The notes below the pieces were generated by a model, which was given only the letters and a program-made list of their open reading frames with translations, had not been told where the DNA came from and searched no databases. The position numbers were made by a program, and so were the translations under genes. Source: Octopus sinensis (taxonomy: Eukaryota). Taken from it: 45,284 nucleotides of DNA. The stretch lies in assembly GCF_006345805.1 (NCBI RefSeq), contig NW_021834837.1, forward strand, positions 1 through 45,284, written 5' to 3'. Numbering within the stretch: the first letter of the stretch is position 1; the number at the start of each line of letters is the position of its first letter. Shown here in pieces: positions 24,004 to 36,492 of the stretch.

Positions 24004-24245
24004 GGTGTTTGTGTGTGTGTGTGTGTGTGTGTATGCATTTATGTGCGTGTGTCTTTGTGTCTGTTTCTGTCCCCCAACCGTCGCTTGACAACCGACGTTG
24101 GTTTCTTTAAGTCCCCGTAAGTTATCTGTTCGGCAAAGGTGGCCAATAGAATAAGTTATAGGCTTACAAATGAAAATGTCCTAGAATCGATTTCTTCAAC
24201 TAAAACCCTTTAAGGTGGTGCTCCAGAATGACTGTAACGCATAAA
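23813..24245 (+). mobile_element. SINE-B, full length
   Basis: Head GGCGTGGCTGTGTGGTAAG, internal (TA)/(TG), tail TAAGGTGGTGCTCCAGAATGACTG. Confidence 0.88.
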
Positions 24246-24272
24246 AGAATATAATTTATATAGTGCTTGTAT

Positions 24273-24417
24273 GTACGCGCGTGGCTGTGTTGTAAGGTGT
24301 TTTGCTTCTGAAGCACGTGATTCTAGTTTCAGTCCGACTGCGTGGCACCTTGGGCAAGTGTCTTCAGGCCGACCAAAACATTGTGAGTAGATTCGTTTGA
24401 CAAAATCTAAAAGAACG
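24273..24417 (+). mobile_element. SINE-B 5' half
   Basis: GCGCGTGGCTGTGTTGTAAG...GCGTGGCACCTTGGGCAAGTGTCTTC..GGCCGACCAAA. Confidence 0.8.
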
Positions 24418-24550
24418 CGTGTGTATCGTTCGCAATTTTTTCCCTACGTCTTCCCTTCCTTGGATCTTTCCTTTTTCTATGTTTCTGGGGAAGAGCTCTG
24501 CTTGAAATGTTAAATCCTTCTTCTTTCTTTCCTTTCCTGAGCGTCCAATA
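24418..24550 (+). mobile_element. Penelope-like tail with degraded hammerhead motif (24481-24514)
   Basis: Aligns with 39668-39800; motif GTTT-CTGGGGA-AGAGC tct GCTT-GAAAT-GTT-AAAT. Confidence 0.7.
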
Positions 24551-24569
24551 TATATATTGGGAAGGATGG

Positions 24570-24614
<45 letters not shown>

Positions 24615-24621
24615 TATTACC

Positions 24622-25680
24622 ATCCTTCCCATAAAAAAAGGAAGATACGCTTTAATATGACAAGACGAATATGTACATTAGTTTCGGAGACAAATAGAAG
24701 AGAAAGACGACTTGCAGAACGTAATCTGTTCCTTGAGAAACAAAAATACCCCAACAAATTAATAGACCAAGTGATAACTGGAGCCAAAAATATCCCAATC
24801 TCTGCACTGGGAAGAAAAAACACTCACACTGAGGATAAACGGAAAAATGAACGTAAAAATATCCCATTTGTTATCACTCACAATCCCAAGAACTACAATA
24901 TTTTACAGATAGCCAAAGGCCTTCCTCCAATTCTGAACCAGTCCCCATGTCTCCGACAAATACTTAAGGAACAACAAATAATCAACTGCCGAAGGCAACC
25001 ACCAAATATTAAGAAACTTCTAACCAAAGCAAGATTTGCATCATACGAAGAAATGATGCAAGTTACCAACATTTGGAGACCCCGATGATTTAATAGAACG
25101 TGATTTGATAGATTTAATAGAACACGTGATTTAATAGAACAGGGACCAGTCAAAAACTTCAAGAATGGAAGAGAATTAAAGGTGAATGCAAATATGAACT
25201 GTAAAAGCAAAAACCTGATATATTGTATCACATGCCCACGATGCAACGAATATTATATTGGGGAGACAAAAACGAAAAGAACCAACAGTGTAAATGTGCA
25301 CAGACATCAAATAAAACATCCCGCTCATAGACGCATACCATGTAGCGATCATTTGGACACCTGTGCAGAAGGAAAATTTACAATTTTTCACTGACACTTT
25401 AAAATATTGACACCAAAAGGCATAATTTTCCCTCTTCATAAAATAAATGAAGAGAACAATCTTCTCCGGAAGGCACAAGAAGAAAATTTCGGTAATAGTC
25501 AACAAATTTACTGAAAACAACTTCCACTATATATAATAACACATCTTTTGTTATCCTCCGGCTCGTTTGCATCGGTCAGAAAAGGGACAGGGTTGACCGC
25601 CTCGCGAATGAATTACCTGGATGCTGCAGTGTCGCTTCATTTCAGAGTTCGAAATGAACAATCATTTAATATTGACTGAC
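24622..25680 (+). mobile_element. Penelope-like retroelement 3' half: RT thumb/linker + GIY-YIG endonuclease pseudo-ORF
   Basis: RRICTLVS...FLEKQKYP..LI...IPFVITHNP...RRQPPNIKKLLTKARF; NCKSKNLIYCITCPRCNEYYIGET (GIY-YIG signature); frameshifts and a local GATTTAATAGAAC triplication at ~25087-25140. Confidence 0.9.
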
Positions 25681-25685
25681 ATCTA

Positions 25686-26645
25686 AGACGGCGAGCTGGC
25701 AGAATCGTTAGCACGCCGGGCGAAATGCGTAGCCGTATTTCGTCTGCCGTTCCGAACTGAGTTCAAATTCCGCCCCTTGTGGGTAGTAAAGAAATAGGTA
25801 TTTTGTCTGCCGGCGGAATTTGAAGTCAGAACGTAGCGGCAGACGACATACCGCTAAGTATTTAGCACGCCGAACGAAATACTTACCGGTCTGCTACTAC
25901 GTTCTGAGTTCAAATTCTGCCGAGGTCGACTTTGCCTTTCATCGTTTCGGGGCCGATTAAATAAGTACCAGTTACGCACTGCGGTCGATGTAATCGACTT
26001 AATCCGTTTGTCTGTCCTTGTTTGTCCTCTCTGTGTTTAGCCCCTTGCGGGTAATAAAGAAATAGGTATTTCGTCTGCCGCAACGTTCTGGGTTCAAATT
26101 CCGGCGAGATCGCCTTTGCCTTTCATCCTTTCGGGATCGATAAATTAAGTACCAGTTACGCACTAGGATCGATGTAATCGACTTAATCCCTTTGTTTGTC
26201 TTTGTTTTGTTCCCTCTATGTTTAGCCCCTTGTAGGCAGTAAAGAAATAAGAAACGTTAGCACGCCGGGCGTAATGCCTAGCTGTATTTCGTCTGCTGCT
26301 ACGTTCTGAGTTCAAATTCCGCCGACGTCGACTTTGCCTTTCATCTTTTCGGGGTCGATTAAATAAGTACCAGGTAAGCACTGGGGTCGATGTAATCGAC
26401 TTAATCCGTTTGTCCATCCATGTTTTTCCCCTCTGTGTTTAGCCCCTTGTGGATAGTAAAGAAATAGGTATTTCGTCTGCCGCTACGTTCTGAGTTCAAA
26501 TTCCACCGAGGTCGACTTTGCCCTTCATCCTTTCGGGGTCAATAAATTAAGCACCAGTTGCGGACTGGGATTGATCTAATCGACTGGGCCCCGCCCTTCC
26601 CCCAAAATTTCGGGTCTTGTGCCTAGAGTAGAAAAGAATCATTAT
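25686..26645 (+). mobile_element. SINE-A concatemer with internal deletion, a short inversion, four units and a terminal tail
   Basis: Junctions at 25797/8, 26065/6, ~26253 and 26467/8; inverted head segment ~25808-25862; ends CTTGTGCCTAGAGTAGAAAAGAATCATTATT. Confidence 0.92.
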
Positions 26646-26689
26646 TGACATCTGCCACTCAAAATCGCTAGCTTTTTGCTAAAATATTG

Positions 26690-28940
26690 AAACCATAAGA
26701 AAGCTGGAAGCTGGCAAATTTGGTTGAAGCTATCGATTCCTTACGATCTGAATTCAAATTCCACCGAGGTCGATTTTTGCTTTCTATGCCTTTTGGTGTC
26801 AATATTTTAAAGTGCCAGTGAAAAATAGTGAGCGATGTAATCAGTTAATACCCACTCGCCCTGAAATTACTGGTCTTGAACAACTACAAAAAAGCCCTCC
26901 GATTTGAAGAGCCGATATGGTCAGTAATATTGGTTTCAAATTCTGGCACAAGGCCAGCAATTTGGGGCGAGGGATGAGTCGATTACATCAACCACAGTTG
27001 CTCAAATGGTAGTTATTTTATCGACCTCGAAAGGATGAAAGACAGTGTCGGCCTTGGCGGAATTTGAACTCAGAACGAAATATAGTCAATCATACTGACG
27101 TCAGTGATCAACTGGTACATATTTATCCCTGAAAGAAGATGAAAAGTACATTTAGGTAGAATTTGAACTCAGAATGCAAGAGTAAGCGACTAAACACTGC
27201 AAAGCAATTTGCCCATCATTTTACCGTCTCTTCCATTTCTCCAACCACTTTGGTCGACATCATTATTGGTAATAGTGTTATCAACAATATTTTAATGATA
27301 ATATCAATGTAGAATAACACTGCTAATTATAGCATTATCTTCAAGAAAGCATTTTTAATTTCAGGTGTTTTATAGATCGCCCTATGTGACAGATAATCAT
27401 TTAACCTAGGCTATCCTTGATAAAAAAATTAAATTTTGAGGTAAAAAAAAAAATTTCTGTTGTTTTCTAAACCTTAAGGGGAAACCTGATAAAATGCAAA
27501 ACATTTTCACATAGTTGGGTAATATCGTTACGCGATACGTTATGCAATCAGTGGTGGACAAGTAATATCATTTCCAAGAATATAATTATGAAAAATAGAA
27601 TGATCAAAATCATTATTATCTAAAATATAATTATCAATGATATAATTACTAACAATAGATTGTTTAACAATAGGATTGTCTGTAATAGAAATGTCTAAGA
27701 GTTATAATATCAAAAATAGCATTAAATATAGATTATATTATTGGCAATATCATTATCAAAAATTCTATTATCTGCTATAAAATTGCCAATAAAAGAATTA
27801 TTAGCAATATCATCATTACCAATGTTCTAAAAGCGGTGAGCTTGCAGAATCGTTAGCACGCCGGACAAAGTGTTTTGCGACATTTCGTCCGTCTTTACTT
27901 TCTGTGTTCAAATTCCGCCGAAGTTAACTTTGCTTTTCATCCTTTTGGGGATTGATGAAATAAGTTGAGTACTGGGGTCGATGTAATTGACTAACTGAAA
28001 TCACTACCCTGAAATCACTTACCTTGTGTCAAAATTTGAAACCAATATTCTAAAGGTAGCGAGCTAACAAAATCGTAAGCACGCTGTACAAAATGTTTGG
28101 CGGTATTGCTTCTGCCTTTACATACAGTGTTCAAATTCCTCTGGCGTTGATTTTGCCTTTTAACCTTTCGGAAACGATTTGATAAAGTACCGAACAAGTA
28201 ACTGGTGTTGAAGCAATCGACTAACCCTCGTCTAATATTTCTGGCTTTGTGCTTATAGTAAGAAGGATTATTGTAATGGCCGCGATTTTGCAGCACCGTT
28301 AGCTCGTCCAACAAAATGCTAAGCGGAATTTAATTTCGCTCGTCTCTACGTTCTGAGTTCAAATTTCGCCGACGTCGACTTTGTCTTTCATCATTTCGCG
28401 GTCGTTAAAATAAGTGCCAGTTGTGCACGGAGGTCGATGTAATCGACGAGCCACTTGCCGCAAAATGTCTGGCCTTGTGCCTATAGTAGAAAGGGTTATA
28501 ACTAATTGTAAAAGTGACTACCTGGCAGAATCATTAGCACGCCAAGCAAAAATCTTAGCGGCATTTCATCCGTTTTTACGTTCTGAATTCAAATTCCGTC
28601 GAGGTCCACTATTTCTACCATCCATTCGATAAAATAAGTACCAGTTGAGCACTGAGGTCGATGTAATCGTCTTAACTCGTTTCTCGATATTGCTGACCTT
28701 GTGCAAAAAGTTTGAAGCCAATATTTATTTCTTTATTGCCCACAGGGGGCTAAAAATAGAGGGATAAAGTCGATTACATCGATCCCAGTGCATAACTGGT
28801 ACTTATTTAATCGACCCCGGAAGGATGAAAGCCAAAATCGCCCTCGGCAGAATTTGAACTCAGAACGTAACGGTAGACGAAATGCTGATAAGCATTTCGC
28901 CCGGCGTGCTAACGATCCTACCAGCTCACCGCCCTTATTT
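26690..28940. mobile_element. Cluster of about eight older, diverged SINE-A copies in both orientations around a degenerate AAT/ATT tract
   Basis: Repeated TTCAAATTCC.CC.A.GTCGA.TTT..CTTT.ATCCTTT..GGGTC.AT and GGAATTTGAACTCAGAA motifs at ~26750, 27050, 27160, 27905, 28130, 28355, 28585 and 28855. Confidence 0.85.
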
Positions 28941-29858
28941 GAAGCCAGTATTACATTCAAAATTAGCAGTATAGAAATAGCAGTGTAGATTATAATTGGT
29001 TGATATTATAGAGAATAATAATTGGTTAAGTGGTTCGCTTTAGAATTACAACGCCTTAGGTTCAATCCCACTGCATGGCATCTTGATCAAGATCCTCTTG
29101 CCATAATCTCGGACTGACTGTAGTCCTGTGAGTGAAATTGGGTTGATGAAAATTTTATGGAAGTCCCTCGGATGTATTTTTCTTGTAAATTCATACGTTT
29201 AACCAATTCAAACATAAGTTGAAACCGTCTCAAGCTTATTTAAATGTACGTGTTTGGAAGGAGAATGCTCAGGCACATACAAGCTAACGGAAATAATTGA
29301 TACTCATCGTTATACATCACGCAGAACCATTTTACTTTTATAATAATAAAGAAGTAGCGATATCCATAGGAATTCCACAGTGTAAATCAGCATATTTGAA
29401 ATCAATGTATATATATATATTAAACACAGGCAAATAATTTCAAATCTTTATATTTGTATATCTGTTAATACAGCTCTCTATCTGCATATCTATTGACATA
29501 TCTGCAGACTCTCTCTTTCTCTATCCCTCTATCTATCTATTTATCTATCTACCTGCCGGTGGGCCTATCTCTCTGTCTGTCTCACTAACTATCGTATTTA
29601 TTCCCTTCTGCCGGTATATGTATCTGTCAACTCTCATAATACGGATAAGCATATAAAACTAATAATAAAAGTAACAAAAATAAAAATTAAAGAGCAATTC
29701 CTAGTGGAGTTGGTTGACGGAATATGAAACAAGCCTGATTTATATATAATAATAATAATAATAAAATAATAATAATAATAATAGGGAGTATAACTCCAAA
29801 CTTACAGGGAAAATTCAATTTAGTATTAAACCAAATTTCATAATATAAATATATATAA

Positions 29859-30078
29859 TATATATAAATTAGAGAAAAACCACTATTATGCAATTCAAAC
29901 AATGATAGACATAAACCAAATCGTAAATAAAAAGTGAAAAATATTGTTTATTCATTTTTGCACTTCTTGTGATCTAGTTATAAGTTCTAAAATATATTTT
30001 ATTTTTTATTTATAATTTGGTTTATGTCTATCATTGTTTGAATTGCAGAATAGTGTTTTTTCTCTAATTTATATATAT
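29859..30078. repeat. TA-flanked inverted repeat (~80-bp arms, ~55-bp spacer), MITE-like or fold-back
   Basis: TATATATAAATTAGAGAAAAACCACTATTATGCAATTCAAACAATGATAGACATAAACCAAAT and its reverse complement at ~30015-30078. Confidence 0.9.
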
Positions 30079-31134
30079 ATATACATATGGGTGAAGCTGT
30101 GTGTCTGTGTTTGTCCCGCACTCCATATTTTATTTTTACATAGTTTTAATTGTTATATGTCTCCCACATGTAGCCAAGACCACTGAGATCCACCCTCCCC
30201 ATACAGACACCAAACCCACTGACCCCCTTTCCCCACAGGAGAAAAAGAAAAAAGAGCAGACACCACAGAATTTAGAAGACCCTTCCGCAGGTGAAAAAGA
30301 GTGTTGTCATTGAGCGATAGCGAGAGCGGAAATAGAAGGACTAGAACAGATACTAATGCGAAATTAGTACTCAGAGACCCCATAACTTACTAGCACAGCC
30401 AAAGACACCGATAGAATAAGTACCTAGCTTAAAAGAACTGAGTACTGGTGCCGATTCATTCGATTAAAAATTGTTCCTGGCGGAGCCCCTTCATAACCGC
30501 ATTCTAATGTCTGAAACAAGTAAAAGGTGAAAGATAAAAAATATAAAAAGTTAACTATACGAATCATTCACAATACTATTATTAAAAGTAAAAATATCAA
30601 ATTAGGTTTTCTAACTTCAAATTTACAAAATATAATTACAATTTAATACAGTTATCTGTATTAAATTATATCAATACCAACTTCATTAAATTTTAAGACT
30701 AAATATATTCTAAAATATACTTCTTATTTCTAACTATTTGCTTATCAGCATTAAATTAACAAAAATGGTGCAATAACATTATCAGAATTATCGTTATCAG
30801 TAATAAAAATTTAAGTAAAAATTCCATATGGAATTACGCTAGTATTATCTTAGCAGTTATTAATGGCCTATTAAGTTATTTGCTTTAGCAGTTTTTAATA
30901 ATATCAAGAAGGGACCTCTTGCACGCGCACACCTTGTAGGTAGCAACTAAAATATGCTTAATTTATACATCACGTTTTTAAAAGGAACTCATCGTATAAC
31001 GTAGTCATAGGTAGACTGTTTAACTAAAAGAAGGGATGGTCTAAGATAGTGTTTCACTGACTGTTGGTCGGTCTATCCGCGTTGACCTGGGATTTAACAA
31101 CAACAATATTACTATTACTAATAACATTATTCAC

Positions 31135-31320
31135 TATATGAAGAATTTGCGGTATTTCGCCCGTCGATACGTTCTGAGTTCAAATGCCGCCGAGGTCGAC
31201 TTTGCTTTTCATCCTTCCAGAATCGAAAAACAAAAACAAAAACCAGTTGAACATTGGAGTCGACGTAATCGACTCGTCTTCTCTCCCAAAATTGTTACCC
31301 TTGTGACCAAATTTTAAACC
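31135..31320 (+). mobile_element. SINE-A, diverged monomer
   Basis: GCGGTATTTCG..CGTTCTGAGTTCAAATGCCGCCGAGGTCGACTTTGCTTTTCATCC...CCCTTGTGACCAAATTTT. Confidence 0.85.
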
Positions 31321-31321
31321 A

Positions 31322-31657
31322 GTAAAATGTGTGAATTGGTGCATTATTATCCTGAAAGATTGCGTTTCCTTCCGGAAACAGTTCCGCAACCTTAGGATGA
31401 ATTTGATAAGAGAAAATGCTTAAATAAACTTGACTATTAATTCTCCCATGAAAGGAAACCATTAGGCCAGCGGATTTCTAAGATATATCCCTAAGGATCA
31501 TCACATATTCTCCACCATGTTTAGCAAAGCATATTAAGCAACACTAATAATAAATCAAGAATTATAATAATAAACAAGCTTTTGACGGTTTTATAGATAT
31601 TTCAAAATTATGATGTTATGATGCTAGGTGTTTCCATTATTTTGTCCAACTCCTGTA
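31322..31657 (-). mobile_element. Tc1 (DD34E-type) element remnant: one terminus plus catalytic-domain fragment
   Basis: Terminus TACAGGAGTTGGACAAAATAATGGAAACACC; KHGGEYVM...FHGRINSQVYLSI...IHPKVAELFPEGNAIFQDNNAPIHT. Confidence 0.85.
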
Positions 31658-31985
31658 TATAAGACATTCACTCAGACAACAGAAATACACGTAAGCAGGC
31701 GTGCGCGAATTGCATAGAATTTCAGCGACTAGAGACTGAACTCAAGAGATTTAACTAAAAGACAAAACAAATGATATAATAAAACTTGGACGGAAATAAA
31801 TTGATAAATAAATTAATTGTTTCCATCACCAAAAACAAAGAAAGGTTACTGTAAAAGGTCAAAGTTGACGAGATTAATATGATGTCCACCTCCTCCTCCA
31901 CTCACATCATATATACTTATAAATACATATACATATACACACACTCACACAAAGATACAGACTGCACACGCACATATGAATATAT

Positions 31986-32027
<42 letters not shown>

Positions 32028-32167
32028 TATATAAACACGGACTGTCAGAGACACATTTAAGAAAATTCCGTTCTTATATTCTATATTGATAGATCTGAGA
32101 AGTGTGTGTCTTTACATAGCGATTGTTGTTTGTGTATATATTTTCTATTCATTATAAGTATATGTGC

Positions 32168-32184
32168 GAGTACGTGCGATTTAC

Positions 32185-32230
<46 letters not shown>

Positions 32231-32292
32231 TATATACATACAATATATACATACATATATACATACATACATACATACATACATACATACAC

Positions 32293-32335
<43 letters not shown>

Positions 32336-32357
32336 CATATATATATATAATATATAC

Positions 32358-32390
<33 letters not shown>

Positions 32391-32425
32391 CATATATATA
32401 CATATATATACATACATATACATAC

Positions 32426-32456
<31 letters not shown>

Positions 32457-32513
32457 CATACATATATATACATATACATATATATACATATATATACATA
32501 TATATATACATAC

Positions 32514-32548
<35 letters not shown>

Positions 32549-32564
32549 CATATATATATACATA

Positions 32565-32599
<35 letters not shown>

Positions 32600-32638
32600 C
32601 ATACATACATATATATATATATACATATATATACATAC

Positions 32639-32695
<57 letters not shown>

Positions 32696-32700
32696 ATGGA
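32168..32700. repeat. ~530-bp (TA)/(TACA) compound microsatellite
   Basis: Direct inspection. Confidence 0.97.
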
Positions 32701-33349
32701 TGGATGTATTTACACATAAGTGTATACGCGCACCGTTATTTGTATGTATTGTGTGCGTGTATGCGTGTTGTCTTTTTGCGTCCTTTTGATGGTAGAAAAT
32801 TTGACATTCTACAGATTACCATTAACCAAAATAATTTCAGAATCAAATATTTGTTGTTGTTGTTGTTGTTATAATGATGGTGGTGGTGATGATGATGGTA
32901 GTGGTGATGATGCTGTTGTTTGCTGGTTTTGTTGTAGGGGGAAGGAGGTATTTTTTTCCGTTTATAGTTTACGAGAAAATTAAAGAAAAACAGAAATATG
33001 AACATCAACAAAAGCAAAAACATAAACAACAACAAAAATATAAGCAACAACGACAAACAAAAAAGGCGACCGATAAGACAAAAACAGAGACAATATATTT
33101 TTTTTTAATAGTGGAGATGCATCAAATTAAATAAAAATTTGGTTTGTCATCTGGCCAACCAAAAGATCGACGTTTTTTATTCGTGAACCAGTATTGTACT
33201 ATATTGAACAAAACCACTTAAAACTCCCGTATGATTACTCAATTTAGAAAATAAAATTTCAGATTCTTTGCTAACTATTTTCGGTAGTCACTAATATGAA
33301 TAGACTAATAGCGGTAGAATTGTTATGATATATCGAGTAGGACTTTAGG

Positions 33350-33600
33350 TGCAACATCTTACGTAATCCACGATATGTTTAACACCGTTCGCTGAGACCT
33401 CCCGTGTGCCTTTAACAGAATCCTCTCTGTTCTAGACACATCAACTAAGAATATTTTGGTATATTGCTTCCTACTATTGCTTCATTGTCCAGCGCACCTG
33501 TGTAGTAGAGACTACAGATGGAATTGGTCCAGCAGCAGGTGCCCGCTACTAGAATATAGTTGGGTACAGTAGCGCCAATGTTTGTTGGATTTGTACAACC
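33350..33600 (-). mobile_element. Possible highly degraded RTE-type LINE C-terminal fragment
   Basis: Across frames NKHWR..QLY..PIPSVVSTTQVRCAGQ..SRKQ...LLKAHGR, loosely resembling W..H....LYG.LPPIS....RR.RFAGH. Confidence 0.4.
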
Positions 33601-33873
33601 GCCTCAAATAACTTTACAAACCATTTGAAGAATCGCTTTAAAGAACTTTACAAACCATTTGAAATGCTAAACTTTGAGCAGATGTCACTTATGCTATTAC
33701 CAAAATAGCTAGCAGACGAACACAGGGTTTCTATCATTAACTAGCACAAACACAAACTCTCTTAGATATAACCTAATTAAAAGAATAAGGCTTAAAAATC
33801 AAAACAGAAAATATTACACATTAAAGAGACTATAACTTGCCGGAAGCTTTAGAAACACTATATTAACAGATAA

Positions 33874-34230
33874 AGCGCAGGCGCGGCTGTGTGGTAGGGA
33901 GTGTACTTCCCAACCACAGGGTTTTGGGTTCAGTTATACTGCGTGATACTGTAGGCAAGTGTCTATTACTAGGTTTCGGACCGAGCCCGTATATGTGCGT
34001 GTGTGTGTGTGTGTATACATACATACATACATACATACATACATACATCTGTGCGCGCGAACACATGACGAGCTTCAGTCACTTTTTGTCTAATAAATCC
34101 ACTCAGAAGGCTCTGGTTGGCTCGGTACTATATTAGAAGATACTCGTCCAAGATTACGTAGAATAGAACTGAACCAGGAACCACATGGTTAGGAAGAAAG
34201 TTCTTAACCGTACAGTTATGCCTACGTTGT
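33874..34230. mobile_element. Two SINE-B 5' halves in convergent orientation separated by (TG)/(TACA)n
   Basis: Plus head 33874-~34000; minus head ~34075-34225 (GAACCAGGAACCACATGGTTAGGAAG). Confidence 0.75.
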
Positions 34231-34329
34231 TGCATCATAGAATCACAAACCAGTTTCGATTCTATGACACAAACTTACTGCTTTAAAATTATTTGAAGTA
34301 AAACCTTCATCAGGATTCCATGTTAATTG

Positions 34330-34568
34330 TCATTTCAAACACTGACTTAATAATCCTTTCTACTAAAGGTACAAGGCTTGGAATTTTCGGGGAGGAAGCT
34401 ATTCGATTACATCGACCCCAGTGTTTCACTGGTAATTAGTTTATCGACCTCGGAGGATGAAAGGCAAAGTCGACCCCCGCGAAATTGATCTCAGAATGCA
34501 GCGACGGACGAAATAGCACTCAGTATTTTTCCCGGCGTGCTAACGATTCTGTCAGCTCGTTTCCTTAA
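34330..34568 (-). mobile_element. SINE-A monomer with terminal-type tail
   Basis: AATAATCCTTTCTACTAAAGGTACAAGGC...ATCGACCCCAGTG...CGGCGTGCTAACGATTCTGTCAGCTCG. Confidence 0.88.
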
Positions 34569-34577
34569 ATGGATGGG

Positions 34578-34963
34578 ATGGAAGCACTCCGTTAGTTACG
34601 ACGATGAGGGTTCCGGTTGATCCGAATCAACGGAACAGCCTGCTCGTGAAATTAACGTGTAAGTGGCTGAGCACTCCACAGACACGTACACCCTTAACGT
34701 AGTTCTCGGGGATATTCAGCGTGACACAGAGAGTGACAAGGCCGGCCCCTTGAAATACAGGTACAACAGAAACAGGAAGTAAGAGTGAGAGAAAGTTGTG
34801 GTGAAAGAGTACAGTAGGGATCACCACCATCCCCTGCCGGAACCTCGTGGAGCTTTAGGTGTTTTCGCTCAATAAACACTCACAACGCCCGGTCTGGGAA
34901 TCGAAACAGCGATCCTACGACCGCGAGTCCGCTGCCCTAACCACTAGGTCATTGTGCCTCCAC
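34578..34963 (-). mobile_element. SINE-D, full length, tail type 2
   Basis: Head identical in design to 8487; different 3' region (GGCCGGCCTTGTCACTCTC...GGAACCCTCATCGTCGTAAC). Confidence 0.88.
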
Positions 34964-34987
34964 AATAAGGATGGTAATTATCATAAT

Positions 34988-35386
34988 AATAATGATTTCA
35001 AATTTTTGCCACAAGGGCAGCTGGGGGTTGGGGATTAAGTTGATTGCATCGACCCCAGTGCGTAACAGGCAGTTATTTACTCGACCCCAAAAGGATGAAG
35101 GGTCGATCTCGGCGGATTTTGAACACAGAACGTAGCGGCAGACGAAACACCTAGTTCTTTACTACCCACAAGGGGCTAAACACAGAAGGGACAAACAAGG
35201 ACAGACAAACGGATTAATTCGATTACATCGACCCCAGTACATAATTGGTACTTAATTTAGCGACCCCGAAAGGATGAAAAGCAAAGTCGACCTCGGCGGA
35301 ATTTGAACTAAGAACGTCGCGGCAGACGAAATACCGCTAAGAATTTCGCCCGGCGTGCTAATGATTCTGCCACAACGCCGCCTTAG
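34988..35386 (-). mobile_element. SINE-A dimer: head unit + linker + terminal unit + (ATT)n
   Basis: Junction at ~35150/35151; terminal tail CCCTTGTGGCAAAAATTTGAAATCATTATT. Confidence 0.9.
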
Positions 35387-35439
35387 ATAATAGTAATAAT
35401 AATAATATTAATGATGATGATTATGATGATGATAATAAA

Positions 35440-35468
<29 letters not shown>

Positions 35469-35470
<2 letters not shown>

Positions 35471-36023
35471 CCCTGATGCAGTGCCAGACAGTGGCTCTTG
35501 TGGCTTCTGATCTTAATTGATTGGAAGTGTTAACATGTACATTGTTTCGTCTTGGTATAAAAGATGGGCTACAGCAAATATTCTGCTCAATAACACAGAC
35601 TTGCTTGTCAGTTGCTTGACCATAACCAGTTGAATATGTCCCTTAGTGGCTGACGATATGTGCATCTCTGATCATGAGCAGAAGTAGTGGGGGAGAATCA
35701 TAGCCGTGTGTTGAAAGGAATTCTTGGAGGTTAGGATAGTTCACGTTTGGAAACATGAGTGGTTCGTTCAACATCCTTAAACAATCCTTATTCAGGAACC
35801 TTTTGAGCGGGATGGGCTACTCGACCAGACGAAAATTCTAACTGGGCCTCACCTGCAAGGTCATGCGCTGTTTATCTTGATATGAGGTCATCATGTCGTG
35901 TACATATTGTTGTGATGCATGTGCCTAGTGTACCCTTATCAGACAGGTAGTCGTGATTGGTATAGTGGACTTCGTATATTTTACCCCAGTGTCACGTTCA
36001 TGGCATGCACTGCTCTCTCACTC

Positions 36024-36025
<2 letters not shown>
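35469..36025. repeat. Unclassified ~550-bp interspersed repeat V, copy 1, embedded in (AAT)n
   Basis: GCCCTGATGCAG...GCACTGCTCTCTCACTC; high identity to 36493-37012; no ORF or tRNA head recognised. Confidence 0.9.
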
Positions 36026-36054
<29 letters not shown>

Positions 36055-36059
<5 letters not shown>

Positions 36060-36445
36060 TTCAAATAGAAATTGACAAAATGTGGAACCTCAAGACTACA
36101 ACAATACCTGTTATCATAGGTGCCCTAGGAATGATCGCAAAAGGGGCTGATTCCTACCTACCTCAGATATCAGAAAACCCCAAAATGGCAGAAATTCAAA
36201 AGATAGTGCTCATCAAAACTGCCCATATCCTACGTAAAATACTGTCTACGCAATCTCAAATTTTAAAACAAACTCATAATTTTCTTGTTTTCTTAAACAT
36301 TCTCTAGAACAATACTATGTGGAAAACCAAATATAACACATAACATCAACATGAACTTCTAACTTGTTGTCTCTTGAGGACTCTAGGTGAGACTTGGAGT
36401 CAACTTGCACAAATACGAAACAAAAGTCAAGCATAGAATAATAAT
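36055..36445 (+). mobile_element. REL-endonuclease LINE (R4/Dong-like), extreme 3' end
   Basis: EIDKMWNLKTTTIPVIIGALGMIAKG...AEIQKIVLIKTAHILRKILS, 3' UTR ending in (AAT)n. Confidence 0.85.
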
Positions 36446-36492
36446 GATAATAATAATGATGATGATGATGATGATAATAATAATAATAATAA

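Noticed and set aside
25686-26645. Regularly spaced repeats resembling a CRISPR array or satellite
   Set aside because: Units are ~185-nt SINE bodies with no unique spacers, no cas genes, and a eukaryotic context
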